From Eledone cirrhosa (lineage: Eukaryota), in contig OZ024757.1 in assembly GCA_964016885.1 (NCBI GenBank), positions 10,168,001 through 10,232,000 of the forward strand: DNA of 64,000 nt, read 5' to 3'. Position 1 is the first letter of the stretch. Each line of letters begins with the position of its first letter. The notes under the pieces are model-generated. The model did not search any database. It saw only the letters and a list, made by a program, of their open reading frames with translations, and was not told the origin of the DNA. Positions 61,601-64,000 of the stretch are shown here, one piece after another. The position numbers were made by a program, and so were the translations under genes.

Positions 61601-64000
61601 AAGTTGTGGTTAATTTAAGTTGGGGTTAAGTTAAGTTGGGGTTAAGTTAAGTTGGTGTTAAGGTAAGTTGGGGTTAAGTTAAGTTGGGGTTAAGTTAAGT
61701 TGGGGTTAAGTTAAGTTGGGGTTAACTTAAGTTGGGGTTAACTTAAGTTGGGGTTAAGTTGGGGTTAACTTAAGTTGGGGTTAAGTTGGGGTTAACTTAA
61801 GTTGGGGTTAAGTTAAGTTGGGGTTGAGTTAAGTTGGGGTTGATTTAACTTGGGGTTGAGTTAAGTTGGAGTCGAGTTAAGTTGGGGTTGAGTTAAGTTG
61901 GGGTTAAATTAAGTTGGGGTTAAGTTAAGTTGAAGTTAAGTTAAGTTGGGGTTAAGTTAAGTTGGGGTTAAGTTAAGTTGGCGTTAAATTAAATTGGGGT
62001 TAAGTTAAGTTGGGGTTACGTTAAGTTGGGGTTAAGTTAAGTTGGGGTTAAGTCAAGTTGGGGTTAAATCAAGTTGGGGTTAACTTAAGTTTGGATTAAC
62101 TTAAGTTGGGTTAACTTAAGTTGGGGTTAAGTTGGGCTTAACTTAAGTTGGGGTTAAGTTAAGTTGGGGTTAAGTTAAGTTGGGGTTGAGTTAAGTTGGG
62201 GTTGAGTTAAGTTGGGGTTGAGTTAAGTTGGGGTCGAGTTAAGTTGGGGTTGCGTTAAGTTGGGGTTAAGTTAAGTTGGGGTTAAGTTAAGTTGGGGTTA
62301 AGTTAAGTTGGGATAAGGTTAAGTTGGGGTTAAGTTAAGTTGGGGTTAAGTTAAGTCGGAGTAAAGTTAAGTTGGGGTTAAGTTAAGTTGGGGGTAAGTT
62401 AAGTTGTGGTTAAGTTAAGTTGGGGTTAAGTTGGGGTTAAGTTAAGTTGGGGTTGAGTTAAGTTGGGGTTGAATTAAGTTGGGATTGAGTTAAGTTGGAG
62501 TTAAGTTAAGTTGGGGTTAAGTTAAGTTGGGGTTAAGTTAAGTTGGCGTTAAATTAAGTTGGGGTTAAGTTAAGTTGGGGTTACGTTAAGTTGGGGTTAA
62601 GTTAAGTTGGGGTTAAGTCAAGTTGGGGTTAAATCAAGTTGGGGTTAACTTAAGTTTGGATTAACTTAAGTTGGGTTAACTTAAGTTGGGATTAAGTTGG
62701 GGTTAACTTAAGTTGGGGTTAAGTTAAGTTGGGGTTGAGTTAAGTTGGGGTTGAGTTAAGTTGGGGTTGAGTTAAGTTGGGGTTAAGTTAAGTTGGGGTT
62801 AATTTAAGTTGGGGTTAAGTTAAGTTGGGATTAGATTAGGTAGGAGTTAAGTTAAGTTGGGGTTAAGTTAAGTTGTGGTTAAGTTAAGTTGGGGTTAAGT
62901 TAAGTTGGGGTTAAGTTAAGTTGGGGTTAACTTAAGTTGGGGTTAAGTTAAGTTGAGGCTAAGTTAAGTTGGGGCTGAGTTAACTTGGGGTTAAGTTAAG
63001 TTGGGGTTAAGTTAAGTTGGGGTTAAGTTAAGTTGGGGTTAAGTTAAGTTGGGGTTAAGTTAAGTTGGGGTTAAGTTAAGTTGGGGTTAAGTTAAGTTGG
63101 AGTTAAGTTAAGTTGGGGTTAAGTCAAGTTGGGGTTGAGTTAATTTGGGGTTAAGTTAAGTTGGGGTTAAGTTAAGTTGGAGTTAAGTTAAGTTGGGGTT
63201 AAGTCAAGTTGGGGTTGAGTTAATTTGGGGTTGAATTAAGTTGGGGTTAGGTTAAGTTGGGGTTAAGTTAAGTTTGGTTTAAGTTAAGTTGGGGTTAAGT
63301 TAAGTTGGGGTTAAGTTACTTTGGGGTTAAGTTAAGTTGGGGTTGAGTTAAGTTGGGGTTGATTTAAGTTGGGGTTGAATTAAGTTGGGGTCGAGTTAAG
63401 TTGGGGTTGAGTTAAGTTGGGGTTAAGTTAAGTTGGGGTTAAGTTAAGTTGGAGTTAAGTTAAGTTGGGGTTAAGTTAAGTTGGGGTTAAGTTAAGTCGG
63501 AGTAAAGTTAAGTTGGGGTTAAGTTAAGTTGGGGGTAAGTTAAGTTGTGGTTAAGTTAAGTTGGGGTTAAGTTGGGGTTAAGTTAAGTTGGGGTTGAGTT
63601 AAGTTGGGGTTGAATTAAGTTGGGATTGAGTTAAGTTGGAGTTAAGTTAAGTTGGGGTTAAGTTAAGTTGGGGTTAAGTTAAGTTGGCGTTAAATTAAGT
63701 TGGGGTTAAGTTAAGTTGGGGTTACGTTAAGTTGGGGTTAAGTTAAGTTGGGGTTAAGTCAAGTTGGGGTTAAATCAAGTTGGGGTTAACTTAAGTTTGG
63801 ATTAACTTAAGTTGGGTTAACTTAAGTTGGGATTAAGTTGGGGTTAACTTAAGTTGGGGTTAAGTTAAGTTGGGGTTGAGTTAAGTTGGGGTTGAGTTAA
63901 GTTGGGGTTGAGTTAAGTTGGGGTTAAGTTAAGTTGGGGTTAAGTTAAGTTGGGGTTAAGTTAAGTTGGGATTAGATTAAGTAGGAGTTAAGTTAAGTTG
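58010..64000 (+). repeat. Tandem duplication, offset 3,429 bp (~58010-60550 / ~61440-64000)
   Basis: TTGAAGTT 58503/61932, TTGCGTT 58824/62253, GGGATAAGG 58884/62313 and ATTAGATTAGG 59401/62830 recur at offset 3429. TTACTTT 59874/63319 is at 3445, one extra monomer. Confidence 0.9.

Larger units (their letters stand above)
1..64000 (+). repeat. Tandem satellite array, 16-bp monomer GGGGTTAAGTTAAGTT, G-rich on + strand, extends beyond both window edges
   Basis: The monomer repeats head-to-tail through the whole window. Recurrent substitution variants include GGGGTTGAGTTAAGTT, GGGGTTAACTTAAGTT, GGGGTTAAGTCAAGTT, GGAGTTAAGTTAAGTT and GGGGTCGAGTTAAGTT. Length variants include the 11-bp GGGGTTAAGTT and 15-bp forms. 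No unique sequence was seen. Confidence 0.99.

Noticed and set aside
1-64000. Protein-coding ORFs on either strand
   Set aside because: Each monomer has two TAA on both strands and the 16-bp period rotates the frame, so all six frames stop within tens of bases. ATG is almost absent. Even with TAA reassigned, the product would only be a translation of the satellite.
1-64000. CRISPR array
   Set aside because: Units are directly adjacent with no unique spacers, no leader and no cas genes.
1-64000. Canonical telomerase-synthesised TTGGGG or TTAGG tract
   Set aside because: TTGGGG does not occur in tandem and TTAGG appears only as a sporadic variant. Kb-scale copying of variants indicates DNA-templated amplification.

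Overview
The whole 64-kb window is one non-coding tandem array (satellite) of a 16-bp monomer, consensus GGGGTTAAGTTAAGTT (= TTAAG + TTAAG + TTGGGG), roughly 4,000 copies. The + strand is G/T-rich and nearly C-free. I find no genes, RNA genes, transposons or CRISPR arrays. Variant monomers act as barcodes and show a layered history. Domain A spans 1-19.75 kb, a divergent core spans ~19.75-22.8 kb, domain B spans ~22.8-42.5 kb with its own private variants, and domain A' (~42.5-64 kb) largely repeats A. Nested duplications have offsets of 139 bp, 1,654 bp, ~2.5 kb, 3,429 bp, 7,197 bp, ~11.9 kb and ~39-41 kb. The only break in strand polarity is a 144-bp inverted duplication (20796-20939). Both of its junctions are centred on the monomer's palindromic TTAA, and it lies in the core, which is bounded by ~220-bp direct repeats. 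The monomer is telomere-like, but the organism and chromosomal position cannot be determined from this window. All coordinates were obtained by eye; duplication boundaries are approximate.
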